From Planctomycetota bacterium (GTDB taxonomy: Bacteria > Planctomycetota > SZUA-567 > H5-PLA8), in NCBI GenBank assembly GCA_038227875.1, contig JBBRPR010000014.1, positions 96,001-160,000 of the forward strand: a stretch of 64,000 nucleotides of DNA. The letters are read 5' to 3'. How positions within the stretch are numbered: the stretch's first letter is position 1; each line of letters begins with the position of its first letter. The notes beneath the pieces were generated by a model that was given only the letters and a program-made list of their open reading frames with translations, ran no database searches and was not told where the DNA came from. The position numbers and the translations under genes were made by a program. Shown in pieces: positions 28,968 to 38,665 of this stretch.

Positions 28968-30395
28968 CTAAGCTCCGCGCATCACTTCAACCTGCTTCAG
29001 CGCAAACGTCAGATCCTCTACCAGCGCCGTCGCGTCGGGATGGCGGCGCGCCGGATCTTTCGCCAGGCAGGTGTCGACAATGGAGGCTGTCGCGCTGGAG
29101 ACGTCCGGCCGGAATTTTCCCACGGGCGGGTGCGGCCTGTTGATGGTCTCGACGAAAATGTCGAATGGCGAGTCCGCCACGAACGGCAGCCGTCCGCAGA
29201 GCAGCAAATAGAGCGTCGCGCCGAAGCCGAAGATGTCCGCCGGTTTTCCGGCGCGGCGAGCGTCATGGATCTGCTCCGGCGCCATGAACCCGATCGTCCC
29301 CAGCGTCATGTTGCTCCCAGTCAAGCCTTCGCCGCCCTGCATTTCGTGCTTGGCCACGCCCAGGTCCGTGAGCTTCGCGCCGGAATAGCTCAGATCCAGA
29401 TGATCGGGCGTGTAGGGCACGAGGATGTTCTCGGGCTTGATGTCGCGATGGACGATGCCGCTTTCGTGCGCCTTGGCCAGTCCTTTCGCCGCCGACAGGC
29501 ACAACCGCAGCGCGTTCAGTTCGCTCAGGCCGATCTGGCCGTTTTGAATTTCCTGGATCAGGCAGGTGGTCGCGGACATGCCGTCGATGTACTCCATCAC
29601 CAGGTAGAGCAGCGAACCTTCCTGATCGATGTCGTAGACCTGGACGAGATGCGGCGAGTGAATCTGCGAGGCAATCTGCGCTTCGCGGTAAAAGCGCTCG
29701 GCCATGTTCATGTCGTCGCGGAAGAGCGCAGTGGAGACGACTTTCACCGCGACCTGGATTTTCGTGCGCGGATTATACCCGCGGTAGACCACGCCCATGC
29801 CGCCCTGGCCGATGCGCTGCAGCAGGATCACCTTGCCCAGCGTCGGCAGGGGGCGCCCGCGCTGCAGCACGCGCGCGGAGCCAATCAGCAGCGGATCGAA
29901 GGAGATCTCCGGCGTCTTGGGCATCAATTCCAGCGGCACATCCTGGTGTTCAAAGACCGGCGGGTCGTTCTTGGATACCGCGGCGACCAGCGTCGGACGT
30001 TCCGACGTTTGCGGCCGGGGCCGGAACGAGAGAATGCGTTCGGCCGCGTCGATGCGGCTTTTCAGTTCATCCAAAGCCACAGGTTTGCTTAAGAAAACGT
30101 CGGCCCCGGCGTCGATGCCGAGGATCAGATCCTGCGTTTCCTTCTTGCTGGTGAGCAGAATAATGTACACGTACTGCGACTTGGCGCTTTCGCGGATTTT
30201 GCGGCAGACATCCGGTCCATCCAGCCCCGGCATCATCCAATCCAGGATCACCAGCGCCGGTGGATCGTCGGACTGCAGAATCTTCAGCGCTTCCAGGCCG
30301 TCGCCGACGCTCGCCACGTCGTGCCCGCGCCGCGTCAGCGCGGTTTTCAGTACCAGCTGCGAGGTGGGATCGTCGTCGGCGACCAGGATTCTCAT
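28968..30395 (-). CDS. Response-regulator receiver fused to a Hanks-type Ser/Thr protein kinase
   Basis: REC: LVADDD, ILDWMMPG, SKP. Kinase: GQGGMGVVY, VAVK, HRDIKPEN, TDLG, MAPEQ. Confidence 0.92.
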   Translation of the reverse strand: MRILVADDDPTSQLVLKTALTRRGHDVASVGDGLEALKILQSDDPPALVILDWMMPGLDGPDVCRKIRESAKSQYVYIILLTSKKETQDLILGIDAGADVFLSKPVALDELKSRIDAAERILSFRPRPQTSERPTLVAAVSKNDPPVFEHQDVPLELMPKTPEISFDPLLIGSARVLQRGRPLPTLGKVILLQRIGQGGMGVVYRGYNPRTKIQVAVKVVSTALFRDDMNMAERFYREAQIASQIHSPHLVQVYDIDQEGSLLYLVMEYIDGMSATTCLIQEIQNGQIGLSELNALRLCLSAAKGLAKAHESGIVHRDIKPENILVPYTPDHLDLSYSGAKLTDLGVAKHEMQGGEGLTGSNMTLGTIGFMAPEQIHDARRAGKPADIFGFGATLYLLLCGRLPFVADSPFDIFVETINRPHPPVGKFRPDVSSATASIVDTCLAKDPARRHPDATALVEDLTFALKQVEVMRGA

Positions 30396-33300
30396 GCGGC
30401 GGGATCCTGCGCCAGCTTCAGCAACTCGGTGCGCAGCGCGGCGAGTTCCGTCTCCAGCTCCGCCGTGAGCGTTGCCGCCTGCTTCACATCGTTGTCGCGG
30501 CAGGCCGTCTCAAGGTGATAGGCCATCTGCCGCAGCCGCTCGCCGCCGACATTGCCCGACGCGCCTTTGATTGAATGCGCACAACGCTCGGCCGTCGACG
30601 TGTTGCCCGCGATCAGTGCGTCCTTCATGTTGGCGATGCGCTTGGGGACGTCGTCGAGGAAGACCTTGATCACCTCTTTCAGCAGCGCCCCGTCGCCGCC
30701 GACAATGCGCATGGCCGCGTCCAGATCGAAGACCGGCGCCGGAGTCTCCTGGGTTGTTTCGGCGGCAACAGTGGGTGTCGAGGACTTGGAATGCCGGCGG
30801 GGCAGGGCAGGGCGCCCCGCGGAGCGCGCAAGAATGTCGGCCAGCTGGGCCAGGCGCACCGGCTTGGCCAGGTAGTCGTCCATGCCGGCTTCCAGGCAGC
30901 GTTCGCGGTCGCCTTTCATCGCGTTGGCCGTCATCGCGACGATCGGTATCGGCGGCCGGCCCGAACTCTTCTCCAGTCGGCGGATTTCACGCGTCGCCGT
31001 GTAGCCATCCATCACCGGCATCTGGCAATCCATCAACACCACGTCAAAGGCTTCCGTGCGCACCGCATCCAGCGCTTCGCAGCCGTCGACGGAAATCGAG
31101 CAGGCACAGTTCAGTCGCTTGAGCATGCCCACCGCGACGGCGCGGTTGACGTCATTGTCTTCGACCAGCAGCACGCGCAGATTCAGCGCAGGGACATCGT
31201 TTTCGTCGCTCACGGCATCCTGTTCTCCCGACGAGTGGTGCGCGCCGCCTTCAAACGCGACGCGCCAGGCCGATTGCAGCGCGTCGAAGAGTTCCGACTG
31301 CCGCACGGGCTTGTGGAGCATCTCGACAATGCCGCTGGCGCGCAGCTGCTGCGGCGTGAAGGTTTCGCCCACGGACGAGAGCATCACCAGCACGGTCTTG
31401 GCGATCTTTGGATCGGCCTTGATCTTCTGCGCCAGCGTCTCGCCGTTCATGTTCGGCATCTGGTAATCCAGCAGCGCCACGGCGTATTCTTCGCCGGCCT
31501 CCGCCGCGCGGCGCAGTTCCTCCAGCGCCGCCTGGCCATGTTCGACCGCCTTTACCGGCACCTGCCAGACGGAAAGCTGTTCCTGCACCACCATGCGGTT
31601 GACGGCATTGTCGTCGACCACCAGGCAGCGCGCACGCAGGGCGTACTGGGTCATCGTGGTGACGGAGAGTTCCTCCTTCTTCTCGCTTTCAGGCAGCGGC
31701 ACTTCCAGGGTAAAGACGGTGCCCTTGCCGATGACGCTGGACACCGACAGCGTCCCGCCCATCATTTCCACGAGATTCTTCGAGATCGCCAGGCCCAGTC
31801 CGGTGCCGCCAAACTGCCGCGTCGTCGACGAGTCGGCCTGCGAGAATTTCTGGAACAGGCGCGAGCGGTATTCGTCGCTGATCCCGATGCCCGTGTCTTC
31901 CACAGTCATGTGCATCACCGCGCGTCCATTGACCCGCTCGTGGCAGGCGACGGAAATCAGCACGTGCCCTTCCTGCGTGAACTTCACCGCGTTGCTGGCC
32001 AGGTTCGAAAGAATCTGCCGCATGCGCACCGGATCGCCGATGAACGTCTTTGGCGCGCCGGGCGCGTAACGCACAATCAGCTCCAGCTTCTTCTCCGACG
32101 CGCGTGCGGCGATCAGCATCCCGCTCTCTTCCACGATCGTCTGCAGGTTGAAGTGGATGGCCTCAAGCGTCAATTTGCCCGCATCGATTTTCGAGAGGTC
32201 GAGGATGTCGTTGAGGATCGTCAGCAGCGATTCGGCCGAGTTGCGAATGGTGACGGCGTATTCGCGCTCGCGGCCCGTGAGCCGGGTGCTGATCAGCAAT
32301 TCGGACATGCCGATCACGCCATTGAGCGGCGTGCGGATTTCGTGGCTCATGTTGGCCAGGAATTCCGATTTAAGCCGCGCCGACTCCATTGCCATGTCGC
32401 GGGCCGACGAGAGCGTGCGTTCGGCGCGCTTGCGGTCGGTGATGTCGGTGAAGGCGACCACCGCGCCAATCACCACGCCCTCGCGGCGCACCGGACAGGA
32501 GCGGTATTCCACGGGAAAACTGGACTTGTCCGCGCGCCAGAACACCTCATCGTTCACGACCACTTCCTCGCCGCGTGTGAACGCCTGATAAATCTTGCAT
32601 TCTTCCACCGGAAACGGCCGACCGTCTTCGTACTGGTAATGAATGAGCTCGTGCATGTTCTTGCCATGAAGCTGTTCGACGGTCAGGTAGCCCAGCGTTT
32701 TGGCGCAGGCGGGATTGGCGAAGGTGCATTTTCCATCCATGTCGATGCCGTAGATGCCTTCGCTGACCGAATTGAGCAGCAGGCGCAGGCGTTCTTCGCT
32801 GAAGCGGTAGTCGGCTTCGGCCTTGCGCCGCGCCTTGCTGTCGCGCTTGAGAGCCACCATGGCGACGATCAGCACGATCATGGATACGCCCGTGGCGACC
32901 GTGATCATGATCACCGCAACGTACGCCGTGTGCTCTTCGCTTTCCGTTCGCGCTTTGAGCAGGTCCTGTTCCTCCAGCTTTGCCGCTTGAAGTTGATCGA
33001 GGACGCTTCCCAGCAGCTGGCTGGAGGGTGCGTTGACCGTGCCGGCGAGCGTGGAATGGACGGAATCCAGGAATCGCGCCACGTGTTTTTCGAGCACATT
33101 CACGTTGGCTTGCTGGTGCTCGTTGTCGCTGGTCATCGAGCGCAGCTTGGAAATGGAATCGTTGACTTTCGTTTTCGCCTGCTCAATTTCGTCGCCGAAT
33201 TTCTTGTCGTACGACAGCTTGTAACCGCGCTCGCTGCTTTCGATGCCCTTGGTCAGAAAACGGACCCGCTCGATCTCCGCGATGACCTCATAAGTATGCG

Positions 33301-33454
33301 CGACCCGCTTGCCCGATTCGATCAGCGTCGTCGCGCTGGAATAGCGGAACACGCCGACGATACCCAGGATAATCAGCGCCAGGATGAAAGCGATATTGGC
33401 TTTGGTTTCAGTGCTGAAAGACACAGAGAGGTCTCGCGTTAATATAGGGGACAT
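30392..33454 (-). CDS. Hybrid sensor histidine kinase (TM-CHASE3-TM-PAS-HisKA-HATPase-REC-REC-HPt)
   Basis: VAHTYEV/RGY CHASE3; PAS; ANMSHEIRTP; NAVKFT, DTGIG, GGTGLGL; LDYQMP and MDCQMP receivers; AHSIKGAS HPt. Confidence 0.95.
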   Translation of the reverse strand: MSPILTRDLSVSFSTETKANIAFILALIILGIVGVFRYSSATTLIESGKRVAHTYEVIAEIERVRFLTKGIESSERGYKLSYDKKFGDEIEQAKTKVNDSISKLRSMTSDNEHQQANVNVLEKHVARFLDSVHSTLAGTVNAPSSQLLGSVLDQLQAAKLEEQDLLKARTESEEHTAYVAVIMITVATGVSMIVLIVAMVALKRDSKARRKAEADYRFSEERLRLLLNSVSEGIYGIDMDGKCTFANPACAKTLGYLTVEQLHGKNMHELIHYQYEDGRPFPVEECKIYQAFTRGEEVVVNDEVFWRADKSSFPVEYRSCPVRREGVVIGAVVAFTDITDRKRAERTLSSARDMAMESARLKSEFLANMSHEIRTPLNGVIGMSELLISTRLTGREREYAVTIRNSAESLLTILNDILDLSKIDAGKLTLEAIHFNLQTIVEESGMLIAARASEKKLELIVRYAPGAPKTFIGDPVRMRQILSNLASNAVKFTQEGHVLISVACHERVNGRAVMHMTVEDTGIGISDEYRSRLFQKFSQADSSTTRQFGGTGLGLAISKNLVEMMGGTLSVSSVIGKGTVFTLEVPLPESEKKEELSVTTMTQYALRARCLVVDDNAVNRMVVQEQLSVWQVPVKAVEHGQAALEELRRAAEAGEEYAVALLDYQMPNMNGETLAQKIKADPKIAKTVLVMLSSVGETFTPQQLRASGIVEMLHKPVRQSELFDALQSAWRVAFEGGAHHSSGEQDAVSDENDVPALNLRVLLVEDNDVNRAVAVGMLKRLNCACSISVDGCEALDAVRTEAFDVVLMDCQMPVMDGYTATREIRRLEKSSGRPPIPIVAMTANAMKGDRERCLEAGMDDYLAKPVRLAQLADILARSAGRPALPRRHSKSSTPTVAAETTQETPAPVFDLDAAMRIVGGDGALLKEVIKVFLDDVPKRIANMKDALIAGNTSTAERCAHSIKGASGNVGGERLRQMAYHLETACRDNDVKQAATLTAELETELAALRTELLKLAQDPAA

Positions 33455-33672
33455 CGATCCAGCCGGGTCAGCCTACGTCCGACCCACTACACGGTACAGT
33501 GTGGAGCTCACTGCTCGACCTGAAATTTTACCAAAATTGATAAAATGCGACAGAGCCAGTGCAATTATTCATAGCTGCACACGGTGCGTGCACGAGCGGG
33601 AACAGTCCCCCGTGGCGCCGAACAAAGGGCTCCAACCATGCGCAGCACCGGAGTCGTTAGTAGTCCAAGCGG

Positions 33673-33790
33673 CTCGCACCCGAGTCCCTCCGTCATGCGC
33701 CCCCATTTTCTTGCCCCAGATCTCCGCCTGCGAAAAGCGCGCGGGTGCCACTGGTTCGGCAGCCGTTCGCCGAACCAGTGCCGTCCTTGC
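33673..33790. repeat. ~115-bp direct repeat, copy A, with GTGC-hairpin
   Basis: Near-identical to 34054-34165; contains GTGC-CACTGGTTCGGC-AGCCGTTC-GCCGAACCAGTG. Confidence 0.9.
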
Positions 33791-34053
33791 CTATGCCATC
33801 CGCCCTAGCTCCCGCCACCTCGACCGCTCACGTCACTACCACTTTCGACGACATCGGCGCCAGCGGTTTTCAAACGCATGCCCCGCGCGCTGACTCAACG
33901 ATGCGTCAGCGCATTTTGATTGCAGCTGCCGTTCAAGCCGTTGCTTGCCACCCACCTTCAGGTGGTGGTCCGGTCTCCTTAATGATCTTATGAGCCGGCT
34001 TCAGCCGGCTTTCTGAAGTTGCTTGAAAACATTGAACCAAGAGAAGAAGGCGT

Positions 34054-34165
34054 CTCGCTCCCGAGTCCCTCCGTTATGCGCCCCCATTTTCTTGCCCCAG
34101 ATCTCCGCCTGCGAAAAGCGCGCGCGTGCCACTGGTGGAGCCGTTCCCACCAGTGCCTTCCTTGC
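34054..34165. repeat. ~112-bp direct repeat, copy B, with GTGC-hairpin
   Basis: Shares CCGAGTCCCTCCGT.ATGCGCCCCCATTTTCTTGCCCCAGATCTCCGCCTGCGAAAAGCGCGCG with copy A; hairpin GTGC-CACTGGTGG-AGCCGTTC-CCACCAGTG. Confidence 0.9.
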
Positions 34166-34222
34166 TTGCTTGGTTCGAAAAGCAGATAAGAAAGAAGACT
34201 TCTGAATCCAGACGCTCGCGTT

Positions 34223-34313
34223 ACCCTCGGCCTGAAAGGCCGACCGTCAATAGCCAAGGGCGGCAGCCCTTGGTCCGCTCCAGGCGGATGATCCGCGCCC
34301 TGAAAGGGCGCCC
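34223..34313. repeat. REP-like cluster of CCTGAAAGG hairpins
   Basis: TCGGCCT-GAA-AGGCCGA, CCAAGGGC-GGCA-GCCCTTGG and GCGCCCT-GAA-AGGGCGC in series. Confidence 0.65.
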
Positions 34314-34486
34314 GATTTCTTAGCACCTTGTGAACATTAATGGATGCAGCGAGTCACAATGATTGACTCGAAGATCTAACAACTGTACTTCGAGTTACCT
34401 GAAATGATGATGGGGATATTTCAAAGAGTCAGGATAGTTTAGAAGATTGCGGACGGGCTTTCTGAAGAGTAGTAGACAAGCGATTC

Positions 34487-35593
34487 ATGGACAAACACAG
34501 GCAGCTATTTGAACAAGCAGTGGCCGCACAGGAAGCCGGTAAGCTACTACTGGCTGGCGAACTCTTTCAAAAATGCCTGGCGCTCGATGAAACGTTCTCC
34601 AACGGATGGCTACGCTACGCTTCCGTATTGATGTGCCAAAAGAAATGGACTGAGGCCATTAACGCGGTAACGCATGTCCTTTCAGATAAATCGAAGAATC
34701 GAAGGGCAATTGCTCTTTCCACAATGGGGCAATGTTATCTAAAGCAAGAGTTGTGGAGCAAGGCCGAAGTAGCCTTTCGCAAGTCGCTGGCGATAAAGCC
34801 CAAATCCACTACGTGGGTCTTTCATGGCTTCACTCTTTCGGAACTTGGCCGTGATGACGAAGCAATCGAAAGCTACAAAAATGCGCTCGAATTGCAGCCG
34901 GAATTCGACGAAGCCCATTACAACCTCGGATGTTGTTTTGGACTGAGGAGAGAGCACGAAAAAGCAATTTTTCATTTCCGCCGCGCAATTGCCGCCGACC
35001 CTAAGTACGCCAGAGCCTACGCGGAATTGGGCTGGGCCTTAGCTCAGGACCTTTCCAACAACGACAATCTCAATGAAGCGTGTGAGGTTCTGGAAAAGTC
35101 AGTAGAATTGGACCGGTGCTATGGCTGGTCTCGGATTTATCTGGCTTTTGTTTATGAAGGGTTTGGCGAATTCAATGCCGCAGGCGAGCAGTACCAGACC
35201 GCGCTCAAGATTTGGCCGGATTGGGAATTGGCACATTCGTTATATGGACAGTTATTGGCGAATGAATTGAACGACAGGCAAGGCGCAAAGACTCATTTAA
35301 AGACGGCCATTGCTCTGGACCCGGATTATGCTGACGCCTTGTACCATTTGGGTGGGAATCTGTTGAATTGGAACAAGAGAATCGAAGGGGAGCGTTACCT
35401 GCGGCGTGCTGCTTTGCTTGGCCACAAAAAAGCCAGGAAGATCCTGGACGGTCTAGGGCCTTATGTTCCAAAAGATGATAGAAATCGATCATGCTCGAAT
35501 TGCGGCGCGGTTTTAATCCAACGAGCGGAATGGTGGTGCCAGGAATGCGGGTTCGACCGGCGAGCGCAGAAGTTGCCAAAACAGCCAAAATGA
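34487..35593 (+). CDS. Tetratricopeptide repeat protein with a C-terminal zinc ribbon
   Basis: Multiple TPRs (EAIESYKNALELQPEFDEAHYNLG etc.); terminal CSNC..CQEC; visibly lower GC than flanks. Confidence 0.88.
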   Translation: MDKHRQLFEQAVAAQEAGKLLLAGELFQKCLALDETFSNGWLRYASVLMCQKKWTEAINAVTHVLSDKSKNRRAIALSTMGQCYLKQELWSKAEVAFRKSLAIKPKSTTWVFHGFTLSELGRDDEAIESYKNALELQPEFDEAHYNLGCCFGLRREHEKAIFHFRRAIAADPKYARAYAELGWALAQDLSNNDNLNEACEVLEKSVELDRCYGWSRIYLAFVYEGFGEFNAAGEQYQTALKIWPDWELAHSLYGQLLANELNDRQGAKTHLKTAIALDPDYADALYHLGGNLLNWNKRIEGERYLRRAALLGHKKARKILDGLGPYVPKDDRNRSCSNCGAVLIQRAEWWCQECGFDRRAQKLPKQPK

Positions 35594-35651
35594 CTTGCTG
35601 TGTGTTTCTGTTTGTTACGGCGTATACTGATACCGTCGAAGAGGAAATCAC

Positions 35652-36335
35652 ATGCTCATTCTGCCACCATCTGATGATTCGCCAGCGACGCGTGTCTCGC
35701 CTTTTGTGGAGAAAAGTGAAAAGGTTCAATTTAATCCGAAAACTATAATCCTCCCTGGATTGGTGCTATTCGCCGTGATGCTTGGCGCGATTGTCTGGTA
35801 TTTTCTTTCCTATCGACCAGCGAAACTTGCGGCGGATGAATTGTTCGAATTGGAACATGAAGCTCCCCAACTCCTGAATTTCAAGCGGTACGACGCCGAA
35901 ATCCGCGCAGGGAACCCGTATGCGGTCACGCTGTTTGTAACCATGAATCTCGCCGAATTCAAATGGCCGGCCTCATCGGAACAGATCAAGTTCGAGCCCG
36001 CGTTTAAAAAGGTTAAAGGGAGCGGTCAGATTTCCATTCGTATGCCCATAAATCGACCCTCCAAGTTGGACTTTTCCACGCTGTGCTTTAACAGTTCGAT
36101 GTTGTTTGCAGACCTCCAGCAGCGTGTTGCGATTGATCAGGCGGAATTGTTCTTCACGCAGGGCGAAAACAGCGTGACGTTTCCGGTGCCCATGGCTGAA
36201 GCAAAGAAAATGTTCGAGGAATCCCAGACCGGGCCGGTCGCAGTCGAGACGATCAAGAAGTTTCAAATCGCTTCGAATTTTGATGTCATCTGGACACAGG
36301 TAAAGGCTATGAATTCAAAACAGGTTGAAAAGTGA
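35652..36335 (+). CDS. Single-pass membrane hypothetical protein
   Basis: GAGG RBS; TM IILPGLVLFAVMLGAIVWYFL. Confidence 0.7.
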   Translation: MLILPPSDDSPATRVSPFVEKSEKVQFNPKTIILPGLVLFAVMLGAIVWYFLSYRPAKLAADELFELEHEAPQLLNFKRYDAEIRAGNPYAVTLFVTMNLAEFKWPASSEQIKFEPAFKKVKGSGQISIRMPINRPSKLDFSTLCFNSSMLFADLQQRVAIDQAELFFTQGENSVTFPVPMAEAKKMFEESQTGPVAVETIKKFQIASNFDVIWTQVKAMNSKQVEK

Positions 36336-36387
36336 AGCCGGCCAGGTGACAACAGTCCTCGTTTCTATATGGAGGAGACCGAAAATA

Positions 36388-36969
36388 TTATCCCGGCGCC
36401 TTCTCCCCTGCCGATTCCGAATTCCACTCAAACAACTTAAACACGAGACAGATAATCAATCCGCTGGTTGCAAGGTCCACGGCAAGCGCAAAGTAGTCAT
36501 ATTCATTGGCAACAAATCCCCATGAATACGAGCGTCGCAACTGATAAACCCGAACGGCGTGAGCCACCGGCCATCCATAGTTCACCCACGCACCTGTCAC
36601 ACTACGATTCGAATAATTTAAATAAACGATCCCCGCGGTTGCGATGACTATGCCAATCCAAGTTAAGGGTCGAGTTCGTGCAAGGCGCGCTTTAGCCGAT
36701 TTAAAATAGTTCTGACCCGCAGACCGGTTGAGCCACGTCGACAGTTTGTACACAAAAAATAGAATCAAGAACGCCGAGAGTACATTGACGATTGCAAATA
36801 GAATGGTCCCCCAAATTCCCTGTTTTACAAATCCGGCGGGCCAACCATATTCTCCACGTACATTATCGAGAACGAGATTCTTCATCAAAAGCCATGCTGC
36901 GACCAGGACCAGCAACACCGCCGTCGATAAATGAAAGCGAAACCACTGGCGCTTGGGCGTGTCGGTCAT
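36388..36969 (-). CDS. Four-TM membrane protein with two YGWP repeats
   Basis: Internal duplication of TM-N..YGWP..TM-(T/E)W. Confidence 0.75.
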   Translation of the reverse strand: MTDTPKRQWFRFHLSTAVLLVLVAAWLLMKNLVLDNVRGEYGWPAGFVKQGIWGTILFAIVNVLSAFLILFFVYKLSTWLNRSAGQNYFKSAKARLARTRPLTWIGIVIATAGIVYLNYSNRSVTGAWVNYGWPVAHAVRVYQLRRSYSWGFVANEYDYFALAVDLATSGLIICLVFKLFEWNSESAGEKAPG

Positions 36970-37151
36970 GTTGGCTCTCTATCTCGCCCCAGGCTCCCAG
37001 CCCAATGGGTCTCCCGCCAGACTACGGATTCCCAGGGCTCCTCGTTCATCGGAATTGAGCATCACGGCGTCAAACGAGTGTGATGGCGGGTGGCACCGAT
37101 GACTCCAATACCATCACAATAATGCGCCGCTCTCGTTATGTCCCGGCCGTT

Positions 37152-37190
37152 GGGTGCCATGCGTCTGAGGCCGTTTTCAGACGCATGCCC
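37152..37190. repeat. GTGC-hairpin element
   Basis: GGGTGC-CATGCGTCTGA-GGCCGTTT-TCAGACGCATG-CCC, a perfect 11-bp stem. Confidence 0.75.
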
Positions 37191-37214
37191 TGCGCGTGGA
37201 ATCCACACAGCCGA

Positions 37215-37463
37215 TCACGGCATTTCCTCCGGCCGCGGAGGACGTACACGCGAAACGGAGTTTTGCGTGCACGCCCCGAACTTCAAATAATTGGTTTGTC
37301 CTTCTTTCAGCGAGATCCCATTGGCACCATCCGGATCATCCGGGTTATCCGTCTGCCAGAAATCAATCTCCCAGAAGCAAATGGGACAAATGTAATACTC
37401 TTGAAATGGACCAATCTTGTGCCTGCAGCACGGACAGGTATCAACGTCCTCGGGCTTTACCAT
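37215..37463 (-). CDS. CPCC family cysteine-rich protein
   Basis: CPCC..YYICPICFWEID..DGANGISLKEGQTNYLKFGAC matches the Cys_rich_CPCC pattern. Confidence 0.85.
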   Translation of the reverse strand: MVKPEDVDTCPCCRHKIGPFQEYYICPICFWEIDFWQTDNPDDPDGANGISLKEGQTNYLKFGACTQNSVSRVRPPRPEEMP

Positions 37464-37495
37464 CAGATAGATGCTTTCTTCTAAAATTAGACGGC

Positions 37496-37995
37496 TCAGG
37501 ACGTCAATATCTCATCAATGAGCCCATACTCTATAGCCTCGTCCGGCTTAAATGTGATCTCGTCCGCCATATCCGCTCCAGCGTTTGTCCGGTGTCTTTC
37601 GCCAGCAACCCGGCGATGAGCATATTCAGTGCGTTTATCTCGTCGCGCTGAATTTCGGAATCCGATTTACCCCAGCAACTGGAAATACTCAGCCTGGAGG
37701 ACGGCAAGCCGTACCGAAATCCACCTTCGCCGTGAGCAACGATCACAGCAGCCATGGCGTGAGACGGTCCAATTGCATACGTATGAACCGGGCACTTCAA
37801 CTCATCCATTACAGAAACAATGGCCAAGCTCGCATTGACTGCGCCGCCCTGCGATGTCACATATAGGCTGGCCGGCTCCCGTGAATCGCGCGATTGCAAA
37901 AGCAGAAGCTTCGCGATGACCTCGCTGGCCGCCGCGTCGTCAATCGGCCCGACGACCGCTACGATGCGATCTTTTAGCAGCCGCTCCAGAATCAT
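37496..37995 (-). pseudogene. clpP: Divergent ClpP-like protein, frameshifted near the C-terminus, catalytic residues absent
   Basis: RLLKDRIV..GPIDD..LYVTSQGG..DTGQTLERI; the tail FKPDEAIEYGLIDEILTS* lies in another frame after ~37571. Confidence 0.75.
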
Positions 37996-38209
37996 CTTGG
38001 ACTGTTCGATCGGAGTTCTCCTTCCGCGCGTCCGGGTGCTGTCTTACCTATCACGTCAAAGCATGGCAACACATTTCCGTTATGCTCAACGCGATATAGG
38101 AAATTGGGCGTTCCAGATTCCCCAAGTCTGCGCTGCTAAGTGCAGAAGCAATGGACCGATGTCATCCGTCGGTGCTACGATAGTCCTTTCAATCTCGAGC
38201 GCGCAGCCT

Positions 38210-38665
38210 ATGTCCAGCGATCACAATAACCCCGAGCAAATGTGGAGCGTTGAGGAACTCATCGCAAACATGAAAGACGTTTCCGATGACCCGGGCTCGC
38301 GAGCATTGTTCGCGCGCGCATTGGGAGAACGCGGCGCCGAGGCGGCTTCGGCAGTCACCGCACTGATTGAAGTGTTATCTGAAAACGATTCTTCCCTCCA
38401 AATGGAAGCAGCCGACGCCCTCGGAAAAATGGGCAGCGCCGCTTTGAGCGCTATTCCGAGCCTGCAGCAGCTCGAAACCACCGCTTCATCGCAAGGTGTT
38501 CGCAACGCCGCTCATGAAGCGATCCTCGCACTGACGGACCCAGCCGAATATCAACATCTTCAGGGACGCCGTCAAAGGTCGGCGCTGGTTCTGCTCCTAG
38601 TCTGCGCCGGCGTCGTCGCACTGCTTGCAGTGGGAATCTGGCTGATCGTACGCAGGTATCTGTAG
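38210..38665 (+). CDS. HEAT-repeat protein with a C-terminal membrane anchor
   Basis: ARALGERG..AVTALIEVL..EAADALGKMG..AIPSL; terminal hydrophobic helix followed by RRYL. Confidence 0.75.
   Translation: MSSDHNNPEQMWSVEELIANMKDVSDDPGSRALFARALGERGAEAASAVTALIEVLSENDSSLQMEAADALGKMGSAALSAIPSLQQLETTASSQGVRNAAHEAILALTDPAEYQHLQGRRQRSALVLLLVCAGVVALLAVGIWLIVRRYL

Noticed and set aside
30575..33442. Long antisense ORFs (955 aa here; also 24833-26650, 27377-28918, 47307-49124, 51744-53597)
   Set aside because: Shadow frames opposite well-supported genes, as expected in GC-rich DNA; no recognisable motifs.
33384..34326. Small ORFs across the repeat region (e.g. 33384-33893, 34023-34205)
   Set aside because: Their shared peptide (CAPIFLPQISACEKRA) simply reflects the DNA repeat; there is no RBS or coding signature.
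34374..37160. Integron attC sites around island genes (ATCTAAC at 34374, GTTGGGT near 37149)
   Set aside because: No properly paired R''/R' and L boxes, genes are in mixed orientation, and there is no intI.
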